From the IMG/VR virus record IMGVR_UViG_3300027741_000049: DNA of 64,000 nucleotides, one strand, 5' to 3'. Source of the stretch: an uncultured virus (IMG/VR IMGVR_UViG_3300027741_000049) (taxonomy: Duplodnaviria > Heunggongvirae > Uroviricota > Caudoviricetes). Below, in pieces: positions 7,292-16,031 of this stretch; within the stretch, counting starts at the first letter, position 1, and each line of letters starts with the position of its first letter. Under the pieces are notes generated by a model that saw only the letters and a program-made list of their open reading frames with translations, searched no databases and was not told the origin of the DNA. The translations under genes and the position numbers were made by a program.

Positions 7292-7924
7292 ATGGCTAAC
7301 AGAAAACTTGATAGTGATGATTTTATGCTAGACACAGGTCTTAGCCGAGGATTTCGTAAATCTGGTTCTGCTATCTACGAGTTCTACCTAAGTGGAACTA
7401 TTACAGGACCTGAAGACTATATTGAGTGGTTTAACACTATTCGTAGTGCAGGACCACAAGACGAAGTAAAAATTTATATTAACAGCAGTGGTGGCGATTT
7501 AAATTGTGCACTACAATTTATGCGTGTGCTTAGTGAAACGCAAGCTACTGTTATTTGTAGTGTTGAAGGTAGTTGCATGAGTGCTGCTACAATGATCTTT
7601 TTATGTGCCGATGTATTTGAAGTTACTCCGCACAGTTTATTTATGTTTCACAACTACAGCGGCGGTATTTTTGGCAAAGGCGGCGAAATCTATGATCAAG
7701 CTGTTTTTGAACGTGAGTGGTCTAAACAGTTTTTACAGCACATCTACAAAAACTTTTTAACTAGCAAAGAAATTGACAGTTTACTAGAAAACAAAGACTT
7801 GTGGCTACACAGCGAAGAAGTAAGCAATCGTGTAGAAAAATTATGTGAAGCTAGAACTAAGGAACAAGAAGATGCTCGTAACGCCCTGTCAGGGGATTTG
7901 CAAGATGAATCCAACAACGAATAA
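7292..7924 (+). CDS. clpP: ClpP-like serine protease
   Basis: IYINSSGG, G.CMSAATMIF (catalytic Ser), FMFH (His), KDLWL. Confidence 0.85.
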   Translation: MANRKLDSDDFMLDTGLSRGFRKSGSAIYEFYLSGTITGPEDYIEWFNTIRSAGPQDEVKIYINSSGGDLNCALQFMRVLSETQATVICSVEGSCMSAATMIFLCADVFEVTPHSLFMFHNYSGGIFGKGGEIYDQAVFEREWSKQFLQHIYKNFLTSKEIDSLLENKDLWLHSEEVSNRVEKLCEARTKEQEDARNALSGDLQDESNNE

Positions 7925-8054
7925 ATGTACTGGATGTTTTAGAACACTAGAAGAAATTATTAATTGGACTAGCTATACGGAACAACAAAGAGTGGCTATA
8001 ATGCAAAGATTATATTATGAAAACGATTTTGTCATTGTTCGACTACAGCGGTAA
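7872..8054 (+). CDS. DUF1289 family small Cys protein
   Basis: TPCQGICKM...CTGCFRTLEEI..W......R..I motif. Confidence 0.8.
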   Translation: MLVTPCQGICKMNPTTNKCTGCFRTLEEIINWTSYTEQQRVAIMQRLYYENDFVIVRLQR

Positions 8055-8580
8055 TTGGCCTAAATACTACAAAGAGGCTGGTTATAATGTGCTACAAGTA
8101 GACATTAAATGCGGTATTGATATACTGCAACTGTCGGCTAGAGATTTGCCCGATCAAATACATGGCATTTTAGCTGCTCCACCTTGTACTGATTTTGCAG
8201 GCAGTGGCGCACAATACTGGAAACAAAAAGATTTAGACGGCAGAACTGACCAGAGTTTAAAACTAGTAGACAAAGTTTTGCGAATGGTAGACTACTATAA
8301 TCCCGAATTCTGGGCACTAGAAAATCCAGTTGGCAGACTGCAAAAGCTGCGTCCTGAATTAGGTGATCCTTGGTATTTTCAACCACACTGGTTTGGTGAT
8401 CCATACACCAAGAAAACTGGATTATGGGGCAAGTTTAATCGTGATTTGCCTAAGTGTCCAGTCGAGCCTGACCCTAATTCGTGGATAATGAAACTAGGCG
8501 GCAAATCGGAACGAACTAAAGAATTACGATCAATGACACCGCTAGGATTTGCCTTTGCATTTTTCCTAGCTAATCCATAG
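8017..8580 (+). CDS. small C5-cytosine DNA methyltransferase-like protein
   Basis: ILSLFDYSG (motif I), APPCTDF (motif IV), LENPVG (motif VI), terminal RS.TP.GFA.AFF.AN. Confidence 0.8.
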   Translation: MKTILSLFDYSGNWPKYYKEAGYNVLQVDIKCGIDILQLSARDLPDQIHGILAAPPCTDFAGSGAQYWKQKDLDGRTDQSLKLVDKVLRMVDYYNPEFWALENPVGRLQKLRPELGDPWYFQPHWFGDPYTKKTGLWGKFNRDLPKCPVEPDPNSWIMKLGGKSERTKELRSMTPLGFAFAFFLANP

Positions 8581-8588
8581 AGGTTAAT

Positions 8589-9182
8589 ATGGCAGAAACT
8601 TATACGCCCACTACGGGCATGGCAAGTGCCGCTAAACGTGCACTTGCATGGCATGAAGATGGTAAACCTGGCGGTACACTAGTTGGTTTAGCACGTGCTA
8701 ATCAACTTAAAAATCGTGAGCCACTAAGTGCTAGTGTTGTATTACGAATGCATAGTTTCTTTTCGCGACATGAAGTAGATAAGCAGGCAACTGGTTTTAA
8801 CAGTGGTGAAGAAGGTTTTCCTAGTAAGGGTAGAGTAGCTTGGGATTTATGGGGCGGCGATGGCGGTCAAACCTGGGCAGAAGCTAAACGCAATCAAATT
8901 ATGCGCGATCGTGAAGGTAAGGCCTTAAAGCTAGTTAGAGTTGCTACTAAATCTCAAATGCCAGAACCTATGCTAGATATGGTTGCACAAGCTATTGAAG
9001 ACTATGCTAATCAAAATATTAATGCAGAACTAGATGCATATGGTCAATTTATGTATCATGCACAACTATTACGCAATTGTCACCTAGACACCTATCTACT
9101 AGACTTGCACATGGTTGAACAACCATATCGTGATGTACTAGTAGATGTATTTATGGAATTAGATGACGGCAACGACAATTAA
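8589..9182 (+). CDS. conserved phage protein of unknown function
   Basis: GGT.VG.ARANQL...RM.SFFSRHEVDK...GFPS.GRVAWDLWGGD.G motif; GAGG SD. Confidence 0.7.
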   Translation: MAETYTPTTGMASAAKRALAWHEDGKPGGTLVGLARANQLKNREPLSASVVLRMHSFFSRHEVDKQATGFNSGEEGFPSKGRVAWDLWGGDGGQTWAEAKRNQIMRDREGKALKLVRVATKSQMPEPMLDMVAQAIEDYANQNINAELDAYGQFMYHAQLLRNCHLDTYLLDLHMVEQPYRDVLVDVFMELDDGNDN

Positions 9183-9188
9183 GTTTGT

Positions 9189-9229
9189 GTCCCCGGATGT
9201 GTGCTTAACAGCACTGCCGGGGACTTTTT
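9189..9229 (+). terminator. intrinsic terminator
   Basis: GTCCCCGG...CCGGGGAC stem plus T tract. Confidence 0.7.
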
Positions 9230-9233
9230 ATTC

Positions 9234-9310
9234 GGGCCTATAGCTCAGTTGGTTAGAGCAGTCGACTCATAATCGATTGGTCACAGGTTCGAGTCCTGTT
9301 GGGCCCACCA
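9234..9310 (+). tRNA. tRNA(CAT), probably Ile2 (lysidine type)
   Basis: GGGCCTA acceptor, GTCGA-CTCATAA-TCGAT arm resembling bacterial tRNA-Ile2, ACCA end. Confidence 0.88.
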
Positions 9311-9313
9311 TAT

Positions 9314-9389
9314 CTGCCTATAGCTCAGTGGATAGAGCAACAGCCTTCTAAGCTGTTGGTCAAAGGTTCGATTCCTTTTAGGCAGGCCA
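9314..9389 (+). tRNA. tRNA-Arg(TCT)
   Basis: Cloverleaf, ACAGC-CTTCTAA-GCTGT, GCCA end. Confidence 0.92.
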
Positions 9390-9395
9390 AATAAT

Positions 9396-9470
9396 TCCCT
9401 AGTAGCTCAGCGGTAGAGCAGCAGACTGTTAATCTGTTGGTCCGTGGTTCGATCCCACGCTAGGGAGCCA
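9396..9470 (+). tRNA. tRNA-Asn(GTT)
   Basis: TCCCTAG/CTAGGGA acceptor, GCAGA-CTGTTAA-TCTGT, GCCA end. Confidence 0.93.
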
Positions 9471-9476
9471 AAATGT

Positions 9477-9550
9477 TGGGATATAGTGTAATGGCAACAC
9501 CACGGATTTTGATTCCGTTATTCTAGGTTCAAATCCTAGTATCCCTGCCA
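9477..9550 (+). tRNA. tRNA-Gln(TTG)
   Basis: U1-U72 mismatch, ACGGA-TTTTGAT-TCCGT, GCCA end. Confidence 0.9.
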
Positions 9551-9567
9551 CCACAAAAATTATTTTC

Positions 9568-9596
9568 TTGAAAATAATAGTTAACTTTGCTATAAT
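9568..9596 (+). promoter_or_regulatory. sigma70-type promoter
   Basis: TTGAAA-17 nt-TATAAT with extended -10 TG. Confidence 0.8.
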
Positions 9597-9635
9597 ATTT
9601 GTTCTCGGAAATTATTTTTAAAAAGGACTAAGCAC

Positions 9636-9947
9636 ATGAAAATTTATTTTGGATCACAAGAACAAGACTCAGTACTTGATACCGACGGTATGTTTCAAAC
9701 CGAAAGCGAGCCAGACTTTTGCTTTTACTATGGGCTAGAGTTTGGAAGCAATGCCGGTGGCACTAATGAAGTAGTAATTTTTGATGGTTGTGAGCGTACT
9801 ATTCCTGTAGACATCGAGTCTGTTCCTTCACTAATTGAGGCTCTTCAACGTTGTTATGATATGCACGAACAACTTGAAGAAGCCGAACAACTAAAACTTA
9901 ATTTAGAAGACGACAACTACGAAGAATCTATTGTTTTCAATGACTGA
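9636..9947 (+). CDS. acidic hypothetical protein
   Basis: 103 aa ORF, AAGGA SD. Confidence 0.65.
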   Translation: MKIYFGSQEQDSVLDTDGMFQTESEPDFCFYYGLEFGSNAGGTNEVVIFDGCERTIPVDIESVPSLIEALQRCYDMHEQLEEAEQLKLNLEDDNYEESIVFND

Positions 9948-10185
9948 TAACCCTATCAAAGAATTGTTATTTGAACTAGGTACTAGTAGTCAAGAAATTA
10001 CTCTTGACTATTTAACTAAAGTAAATAAGTTATTGCTAAACCATGGTGTTAATCTTAAAACTTATGGGCATATATTTAATTTTTTAGAGTACCTAGAAGA
10101 AAATAATTGTGTTAAAATACACAAACATAATAACAAAGACGTTTTTGTATTAACAGGACTACATAACTATGGCAAAAACATCTAG
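9940..10185 (+). CDS. hypothetical protein (possible winged helix)
   Basis: Overlapping-operon ORF; ATG 9940 preferred. Confidence 0.55.
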   Translation: MTDNPIKELLFELGTSSQEITLDYLTKVNKLLLNHGVNLKTYGHIFNFLEYLEENNCVKIHKHNNKDVFVLTGLHNYGKNI

Positions 10186-10549
10186 TAAAGGCAAGCAAGC
10201 CTGCTACGACCTTTATAAAAGCAAACAAACTTGGAAACATAATCGTGAACGCAAATTATTGCGCGCACTACAAAAAAATCCTGGTAATGCAAAACAAATT
10301 GAGTTGGCAATAAAAAACATTACATATCGCCGTAAAACACCCAAAGCCACAATCTGGAATAAAACTAAAATTCATGAAGCACAGCTAATTCGACAAGTAT
10401 GCGGTAGTTGTCCACATGATGTATTTAGTAGTAATTCTAAAATTGCAGACTCTACACTAGCAAGTTTAAGAACTAACTTTAACCCTAAAGCGTTGCAATC
10501 GCAAACAGTTAGTTTTAAGCTAGGGGATAGAGCCAAATGGAAAGTATAA
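10169..10549 (+). CDS. basic hypothetical protein
   Basis: 126 aa ORF, AGGA SD. Confidence 0.65.
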   Translation: MAKTSSKGKQACYDLYKSKQTWKHNRERKLLRALQKNPGNAKQIELAIKNITYRRKTPKATIWNKTKIHEAQLIRQVCGSCPHDVFSSNSKIADSTLASLRTNFNPKALQSQTVSFKLGDRAKWKV

Positions 10550-10797
10550 CTCTATACTTAATTTTTTGTATAACTACTTCTATTTGTTGTTTATATGAAA
10601 TGATCTGGCCTGCTATGTGGGGTGCTAAGCAACAAGGAATTGTAAATTCATTTACTAAACAACCATTGCTAAGCTCGTTAGTATTTTTTATAATTAATAT
10701 GCTATTTGCACCTTTAATTATTTTTGTACTATTTGTTCCTAGAATGTTTGAACAAGCCAGCTTAGGAATCAACAAAGCAATTAGAGAAGCAGAATAA
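10537..10797 (+). CDS. small membrane protein
   Basis: Two hydrophobic segments. Confidence 0.6.
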   Translation: MESITLYLIFCITTSICCLYEMIWPAMWGAKQQGIVNSFTKQPLLSSLVFFIINMLFAPLIIFVLFVPRMFEQASLGINKAIREAE

Positions 10798-10802
10798 CGC
10801 AC

Positions 10803-10831
10803 TTGAATTTGCAATCAATTGTTGATATAAT
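10803..10831 (+). promoter_or_regulatory. sigma70-type promoter
   Basis: TTGAAT-17 nt-TATAAT with extended -10 TG. Confidence 0.8.
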
Positions 10832-10860
10832 ATTATTTCTGTTGCAATAAAGGGTTTAAT

Positions 10861-11133
10861 ATGAAACTTATGGAATTTAAGTACACAAAAGTCAATGGTG
10901 ATACTAGCTTTCGCTCTGTTATAGTAACACAAGAACCTACACACTTGCTTGGTGGCATTGATGTTACTGAACTACCTGAAGTTGAATTTGAACAGTTTAC
11001 TCGTGAAATGCGCGAACTAAAAAATCGTCAACACGAAGAAACAATGTTGCTTGTAGCAAAACACGACTTAAAACACAACTATCGTCAGTTTACGCCAAAT
11101 AAAATGATTGATGTAACTACTGAACTTATCTAA
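10861..11133 (+). CDS. T5-like hypothetical protein upstream of D3
   Basis: F.YTK.NG..S.R...GID.TEL...NYRQF pattern; synteny. Confidence 0.6.
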   Translation: MKLMEFKYTKVNGDTSFRSVIVTQEPTHLLGGIDVTELPEVEFEQFTREMRELKNRQHEETMLLVAKHDLKHNYRQFTPNKMIDVTTELI

Positions 11134-11142
11134 GGAAATAAA

Positions 11143-11505
11143 ATGACACAATGGAATGACGAGCTTAAAGCTAATGTAATTAAAATGTATCAAGACGCAG
11201 AGCCAACGCCTGAGTCCAGTACTGAAATTATCAAAGACATTGCCGAAGAAATCGAAGCCTCACCTAATGGCGTTCGCATGGTACTAGTTCAGGCTGGTGT
11301 TTATGTTAAAAAAGACGCCACAGCCGCTAAGCCTAGTGGCGATAAAAAAGCTGCTGGTGATGCACCTAAACGTGTAAGCAAAGAGTCCAGTATTGCTGAT
11401 CTTAAAGCCGCAATTGAAGCTAAAGGCGGTCCAGTTGATGACGACATTCTTAGCAAACTAACTGGTAAAGCAGCAGTATACTTTTTGAGTGTGCTTAAAG
11501 CATAA
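11143..11505 (+). CDS. T5 D3-like protein
   Basis: W.DELK..VI.MY..AEPTPE.S.EI...SPNGVRMVL..AGVYVKK, I.SKLTGKAA.YF; synteny. Confidence 0.75.
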   Translation: MTQWNDELKANVIKMYQDAEPTPESSTEIIKDIAEEIEASPNGVRMVLVQAGVYVKKDATAAKPSGDKKAAGDAPKRVSKESSIADLKAAIEAKGGPVDDDILSKLTGKAAVYFLSVLKA

Positions 11506-11549
11506 AAATAGGCAGCCTAGTGCTGCCTTTTCTTATTTGTGGAGTAATT

Positions 11550-12173
11550 ATGGCTCGTAAACGCACAGAACTTGAACAAGAACGCATGACTGACGCTAAT
11601 ATTGAGCGTGTTATTAGCTTGCTTGAACCTAAAGAGCAAGGCGTTAAGCCTATAACTAAAAAAGATGCTTGTCAAATCCTGGGCATGAGCTATAATACTA
11701 CCAGGCTTGATCAGATTATTCAAACACACAAAGATCGCAAGGAAAAGACTGCTAAGCGCAGAGCTGAAAAACGCGGCAAACCTATTACACTAGACGAAGT
11801 ACAGTTTATAATTCAAAGCTATCTTGCTGGCGAGCCTGTAAGTGAAATAAGCAAAAATACTTATCGCGGCACTCAGCTTATTAAGCAAGTTCTAGATATG
11901 CACAATGTGCCTATTCGTAAAAGTAGCCCAGACTATTTTAAACCTGAGTTAATTCCTGAAGGTGCAATGCAAGATAAATTTGCTATAGGTGAAGTAGTGT
12001 ACAGTGCCAGATACGATTCAATGTGTAAAATACAAGCAGAACAAACACACGCAGAATATGGTTGGATTTACAGAGTATGGTTGCTTAGTGAACGCTGGTT
12101 ACAAAGCGCATATCAACCAGCTTGTGAATTAGCTAGTCTTAAACATTTGCGCGAACTAGGAATTAAAGTTTAA
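11550..12173 (+). CDS. putative DNA-binding protein (HTH-like) of the T5-like replication block
   Basis: PITKKDACQILGMSYNTTRL helix motif; GGAG SD before ATG 11550. Confidence 0.65.
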   Translation: MARKRTELEQERMTDANIERVISLLEPKEQGVKPITKKDACQILGMSYNTTRLDQIIQTHKDRKEKTAKRRAEKRGKPITLDEVQFIIQSYLAGEPVSEISKNTYRGTQLIKQVLDMHNVPIRKSSPDYFKPELIPEGAMQDKFAIGEVVYSARYDSMCKIQAEQTHAEYGWIYRVWLLSERWLQSAYQPACELASLKHLRELGIKV

Positions 12174-12460
12174 TGGACTCAAATATTCTATATGAAAAAC
12201 TAATTGAAGAAAACTTAGATAAAGGTTTTCAGATTAGGCTAGTAGTCAACGACTTTAAAGACGTTACATACCTGCAACTTAGAAAATACTTTTTAAGTTA
12301 TGAAGGTGACTGGATTCCTAGTCGTGAAGGCGTAAGTATTCCTGCTTCACTACAAAATATCTATAGTTTGCTAGACGGATTATTTGATATTTGTAGTCAA
12401 GCAGAGGGCAAGGAAATTATTGAAAGCTATGCTCGTCAGCTACTAGAAAAACCTACTTGA
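12173..12460 (+). CDS. PC4-like ssDNA-binding / coactivator protein
   Basis: IRLVVNDFKDVTYLQLRKYF...GDWIPSREGVSIP PC4 signature; T5 synteny. Confidence 0.75.
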   Translation: MDSNILYEKLIEENLDKGFQIRLVVNDFKDVTYLQLRKYFLSYEGDWIPSREGVSIPASLQNIYSLLDGLFDICSQAEGKEIIESYARQLLEKPT

Positions 12461-12485
12461 TTTTATCTGTTTAAACTGGTATAAT
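12457..12485 (+). promoter_or_regulatory. sigma70-type promoter
   Basis: TTGATT-17 nt-TATAAT with extended -10 TG. Confidence 0.8.
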
Positions 12486-12509
12486 ATATTATATTTTGAA
12501 AAAGGAAAT

Positions 12510-13145
12510 ATGATGAAACAAACCGTTGCAATTTTTGTTCATGATCCTGTGTGCGAAGTAGAGTGTGCACTAGCTATGGAAGCTGCACTTCAAGATAAAT
12601 TTGAAGTAAAGTTGTTTGGCATTGAAGATCTTAATAGTAAATTTTTGCTTAATGTAGATATTCTGGCTTTTCCTGGCGGCATTGGCGACAGTGATGAGTT
12701 TGATGAAATTTTTGAGCCAGATCATGTTGACGTAGTTCGTGACTTTGTTAGCGATGGTGGCAAATATTTAGGTATTTGCATGGGCGCTTACTGGGCTGGC
12801 AGCTATTACTTTGACATTCTTCACGGTATTGAGCCTGTACAGTATATTTCTCAGCCAGATGCAGATATTGTAACTGAAGGCCCTACTCTTGCAAGTGTAG
12901 AGTGGAATGGTCAGCAAGAAGATATGTATTTTTATGATGGCTGTGCTTTTGTTGGTAATTTAAGTTTTACTGATATTATTGCTACTTATGCCAATGGTGA
13001 CGCAATGGCAGTTTATCAAAATACAGTAGGGCTGATTGGTTGTCATCCGGAAAGCGAACAGTGGTGGTATGAACTAGATGATTTTGTTGGTTGGCATGAA
13101 GGTTATCATAATCAACTTTTTTGTGAGTTTGTGGAAGGTCTATGA
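12510..13145 (+). CDS. BPL_N / class I glutamine amidotransferase-like protein
   Basis: FPGG, GGKYLGICMGAYWAG (nucleophile-elbow Cys), HPE. Confidence 0.75.
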   Translation: MMKQTVAIFVHDPVCEVECALAMEAALQDKFEVKLFGIEDLNSKFLLNVDILAFPGGIGDSDEFDEIFEPDHVDVVRDFVSDGGKYLGICMGAYWAGSYYFDILHGIEPVQYISQPDADIVTEGPTLASVEWNGQQEDMYFYDGCAFVGNLSFTDIIATYANGDAMAVYQNTVGLIGCHPESEQWWYELDDFVGWHEGYHNQLFCEFVEGL

Positions 13146-14095
13146 CACTTAAACAGTACCTAGATAGTGCAAGTCAAGCTTATTATGCAGGCTTACCTAT
13201 TATTAGTGATTTGCAGTTTGATCGCCTAGCTGAAACTATTGGATATTCAGCCGTAGGCGCACAGGCTCAAGGCGCTAAAGCTAAGCATTATTATCCTATG
13301 TATTCTCTACAAAAGCACTACGAAGATGAGGGTAAGGCTAATCCACTAGCGGGCATGGGCGATATTAGCATGAGCGTTAAACTTGATGGCGCTGCTGTTA
13401 GTTTGTTGTATGTAGATGGTAAATTAGTGCAAGCACTTACTCGTGGTGATGGAGTAGAGGGTCAACTAATTACCGATAAACTGCTTAGTACTGCAAGCCT
13501 AGTTCCACATACTATCCCTTACAAAGAAGTAATTCAAGTTACTGGCGAGATTGTTGCTCCACAACATATTTCTAATGCTAGAAATTATGCTGCTGGTAGC
13601 CTTAATCTTAAAGATACTACTGAATTTGGTACTCGTGCTATTAGTTTTTTTGCATACGGTGTTCAGCCATTTGTAGGACAAACTTACGATGCCGATATGC
13701 GTATGCTAAAGCAGTTTGGTTTCAATACTGTGCAGGAAACTGATTTAGAAAAAATTTATCCTACTGACGGTGTAGTATTTAGGCTTAACAACAATCACCA
13801 GTTTGAACAACTAGGTTATACTAGTAAACATCCACGAGGTGCTTATGCTCGTAAAGAGCGTGCTGATCATGTAGAAACTAAATTGTTAGATGTTGAATGG
13901 CAAGTTGGTAAAAGTGGCAAAGTAACACCAGTAGCAATCTTAGAGCCTGTGTTAATAGGTGATGCTATGGTCAGCAGAGCTACACTAAATAATCCAGGTT
14001 TTATTGAAGCACTAGGCCTAGAAATTGGTGATACTGTAGCAGTAGTACGCAGCGGAGAAATAATTCCCTGCATTTTACACAAGGTAGAGGCATAG
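13142..14095 (+). CDS. ligA: NAD-dependent DNA ligase subunit A (adenylation plus OB domains)
   Basis: KLDG, ALTRGDG, NARNYAAGSL, DGVV, WQVGKSGKVTPVA, RATLNN, RSGEIIP. Confidence 0.93.
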   Translation: MTLKQYLDSASQAYYAGLPIISDLQFDRLAETIGYSAVGAQAQGAKAKHYYPMYSLQKHYEDEGKANPLAGMGDISMSVKLDGAAVSLLYVDGKLVQALTRGDGVEGQLITDKLLSTASLVPHTIPYKEVIQVTGEIVAPQHISNARNYAAGSLNLKDTTEFGTRAISFFAYGVQPFVGQTYDADMRMLKQFGFNTVQETDLEKIYPTDGVVFRLNNNHQFEQLGYTSKHPRGAYARKERADHVETKLLDVEWQVGKSGKVTPVAILEPVLIGDAMVSRATLNNPGFIEALGLEIGDTVAVVRSGEIIPCILHKVEA

Positions 14096-14106
14096 AAAAT
14101 TTTCAC

Positions 14107-14135
14107 TTGCAAAACCTAGCCTAATACTGTATAAT
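14107..14135 (+). promoter_or_regulatory. sigma70-type promoter
   Basis: TTGCAA-17 nt-TATAAT. Confidence 0.75.
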
Positions 14136-14161
14136 ACATTATTAAATTTGAAAAACGCACA

Positions 14162-14923
14162 ATGAAAATCAAAATTCCCACTAATTGTCCGTGTTGTGAG
14201 TATACCCTAGAGCTTGTTAACGATCAACTTTTTTGTCGTAACCAAGCCTGTGGTGCACAGTTAGGTAAAAAATTAGAGCATTTTTGTAAAACATTGGGCA
14301 TCAAAGGCATGGGTGCTAAAACACTAGAAAAACTTCAACTAAGTGATATTACTGAAATTTATTATCTTGAGCTTGATGAAATTATTGCGGCATTAGGTAG
14401 TGAAAAAATTGCAGTAAAACTACTAGATGAAATTAATCGTTCTCGTAACAGTGATTTAGCAACCATATTGCCTGCTTTTAGCATACCGCTTGTAGGTAAC
14501 ACAGCAGCACAAAAAATCAGCAAAGTAGTGCATAGCATTGATGATATTACCGAAGAACAGTGTAAACAAGCAGGTCTAGGAGAAAAAGTTACTAATAATC
14601 TAATCTCTTGGCTAGAGACAGATTTTCAAGAAATGAAAGAGTTCTTGCCATTCTCTTTTACAGTAGATAATAAACCAGTAGCCAATGCAATCGGCGAAGT
14701 TGTTTGCATAACTGGTAAGTTAGCTTCATTTAAAACTAAAGCAGAAGCCACAAAAGCACTAGAAAATGCAGGTTTTAAAGTTACTGATTCAGTAACTAAA
14801 CAAACTAATTATTTAGTAGATGAAGATAACAAAGGCAGTTCAAAACGTATTAAAGCCGATCAACTCGGTATTACAATCATCAAAAACTTATTACACTTCT
14901 TAAACGAGAAAAAATATGACTGA
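14162..14923 (+). CDS. NAD-dependent DNA ligase subunit B (Zn finger, HhH, BRCT)
   Basis: CPCC...C.N..C, IKGMG, IPLVG, VCITGKL...SVTKQT.YLV...SSK..KA..LGI. Confidence 0.9.
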   Translation: MKIKIPTNCPCCEYTLELVNDQLFCRNQACGAQLGKKLEHFCKTLGIKGMGAKTLEKLQLSDITEIYYLELDEIIAALGSEKIAVKLLDEINRSRNSDLATILPAFSIPLVGNTAAQKISKVVHSIDDITEEQCKQAGLGEKVTNNLISWLETDFQEMKEFLPFSFTVDNKPVANAIGEVVCITGKLASFKTKAEATKALENAGFKVTDSVTKQTNYLVDEDNKGSSKRIKADQLGITIIKNLLHFLNEKKYD

Positions 14924-15662
14924 AAAACTTAAAAAATGGTCCGACGAAGCTGTTGCTCAACTTCTAGAAATTGTAGGACATGAGTCCCCTGTATCGGTTT
15001 CTAAAGTTGAACAAGCCGCTGAAGCCCTTGATGTTAGCACACGTAGTGTAGCTGCAAAACTACGTCAACTAGACCATGAAGTAGTTAGCATGGCAAAAGA
15101 AAAAGTTAGCGCATTTACGGAAGACGAAGGTAGTGCACTTGCTAATTTTGTTAACAGCAATGCTAATGTATTTACCTATAAACAAATTGCAGAAAAATTT
15201 GCCGATGGCAAGTTTACAGCTAAACAAATTCAGGGCAAACTACTTGCCCTAGAAATGACTGGCAGTGTTAAACCTGCTGAAAAAGTTGAAGTAGCACGTA
15301 GCTATACAGAAGCTGAAGAAAACAAGTTTGTTCAGATGGCTGAGCGCGGTAGCTTTATTGAAGATATTGCACAAGCTCTTAACAAAACTGTTGCTTCAGT
15401 TCGTGGCAAAGCACTTAGCCTTACTCGTAAAGGTCAAATTGCAAAGATTCCAGCACAACGCGAATCACACGCTAAAGATCAAGTAGATCCAATTGTTGCA
15501 CTTGGTGAGCGTATTTCAACTATGACTGTTGCAGAAATTGCAGCTAAAGTTGATAAAACTGAGCGCGGTCTACGCACCCTGCTTACCCGTCGCGGCATTA
15601 ATGTTGCTGACTACAAAGGAGCCGATAAAAAGGCTAAAGCAGAAGCTAAACTAGCTGCTTAA
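14916..15662 (+). CDS. T5 D5-like DNA-binding protein
   Basis: Repeated HTH units (RSVAAKLR, KQIQGKLLALE, SVRGKALSL, KTERGLRTLLTRRG); synteny. Confidence 0.85.
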   Translation: MTEKLKKWSDEAVAQLLEIVGHESPVSVSKVEQAAEALDVSTRSVAAKLRQLDHEVVSMAKEKVSAFTEDEGSALANFVNSNANVFTYKQIAEKFADGKFTAKQIQGKLLALEMTGSVKPAEKVEVARSYTEAEENKFVQMAERGSFIEDIAQALNKTVASVRGKALSLTRKGQIAKIPAQRESHAKDQVDPIVALGERISTMTVAEIAAKVDKTERGLRTLLTRRGINVADYKGADKKAKAEAKLAA

Positions 15663-15679
15663 ATCCCTTTAAACAGCAG

Positions 15680-15713
15680 GGCCGGGAGTTTTTATAGGCT
15701 CCCGGCCTTTTTT
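15680..15713 (+). terminator. intrinsic terminator
   Basis: GGCCGGGAG/CTCCCGGCC stem plus T tract. Confidence 0.85.
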
Positions 15714-15730
15714 ACTTTGGAAACCAGTAA

Positions 15731-16030
15731 ATGAAAGTTACAATTACATATCACGACTCAGAGTCGTTTACTGTTGAAGAAGTAGTAAAACAAGCAGTTC
15801 ATAATTATGGCCGTTTAGCTCAGGTAGATGTAATGCCTGATTCTACAATGGCCTACGATCATATCTATTTTGGTTTGCAACAATTAGTTACTCATGAACA
15901 ATTAAGTATGCTGTTTGATAAAGGTACCAGTTATCAACAAGATATTAAACGTCTGCGTAATCAAATTATTTACAAAGTAACAGAAATTATAGACCAAGTA
16001 ATAGTAGATAATGAATCTAAGGTAGGTTAA
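15731..16030 (+). CDS. hypothetical protein
   Basis: 99 aa ORF upstream of helicase. Confidence 0.65.
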   Translation: MKVTITYHDSESFTVEEVVKQAVHNYGRLAQVDVMPDSTMAYDHIYFGLQQLVTHEQLSMLFDKGTSYQQDIKRLRNQIIYKVTEIIDQVIVDNESKVG

Positions 16031-16031
16031 T

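Noticed and set aside
9548..9553. CCACCA after tRNA-Gln as a decay mark
   Set aside because: A single occurrence, easily due to chance; normal 3' trimming would remove it.
14096..14161. Break in the NAD ligase as a possible pseudogene or intron
   Set aside because: A split A/B ligase is the normal T5-like arrangement, and the gap holds a promoter.
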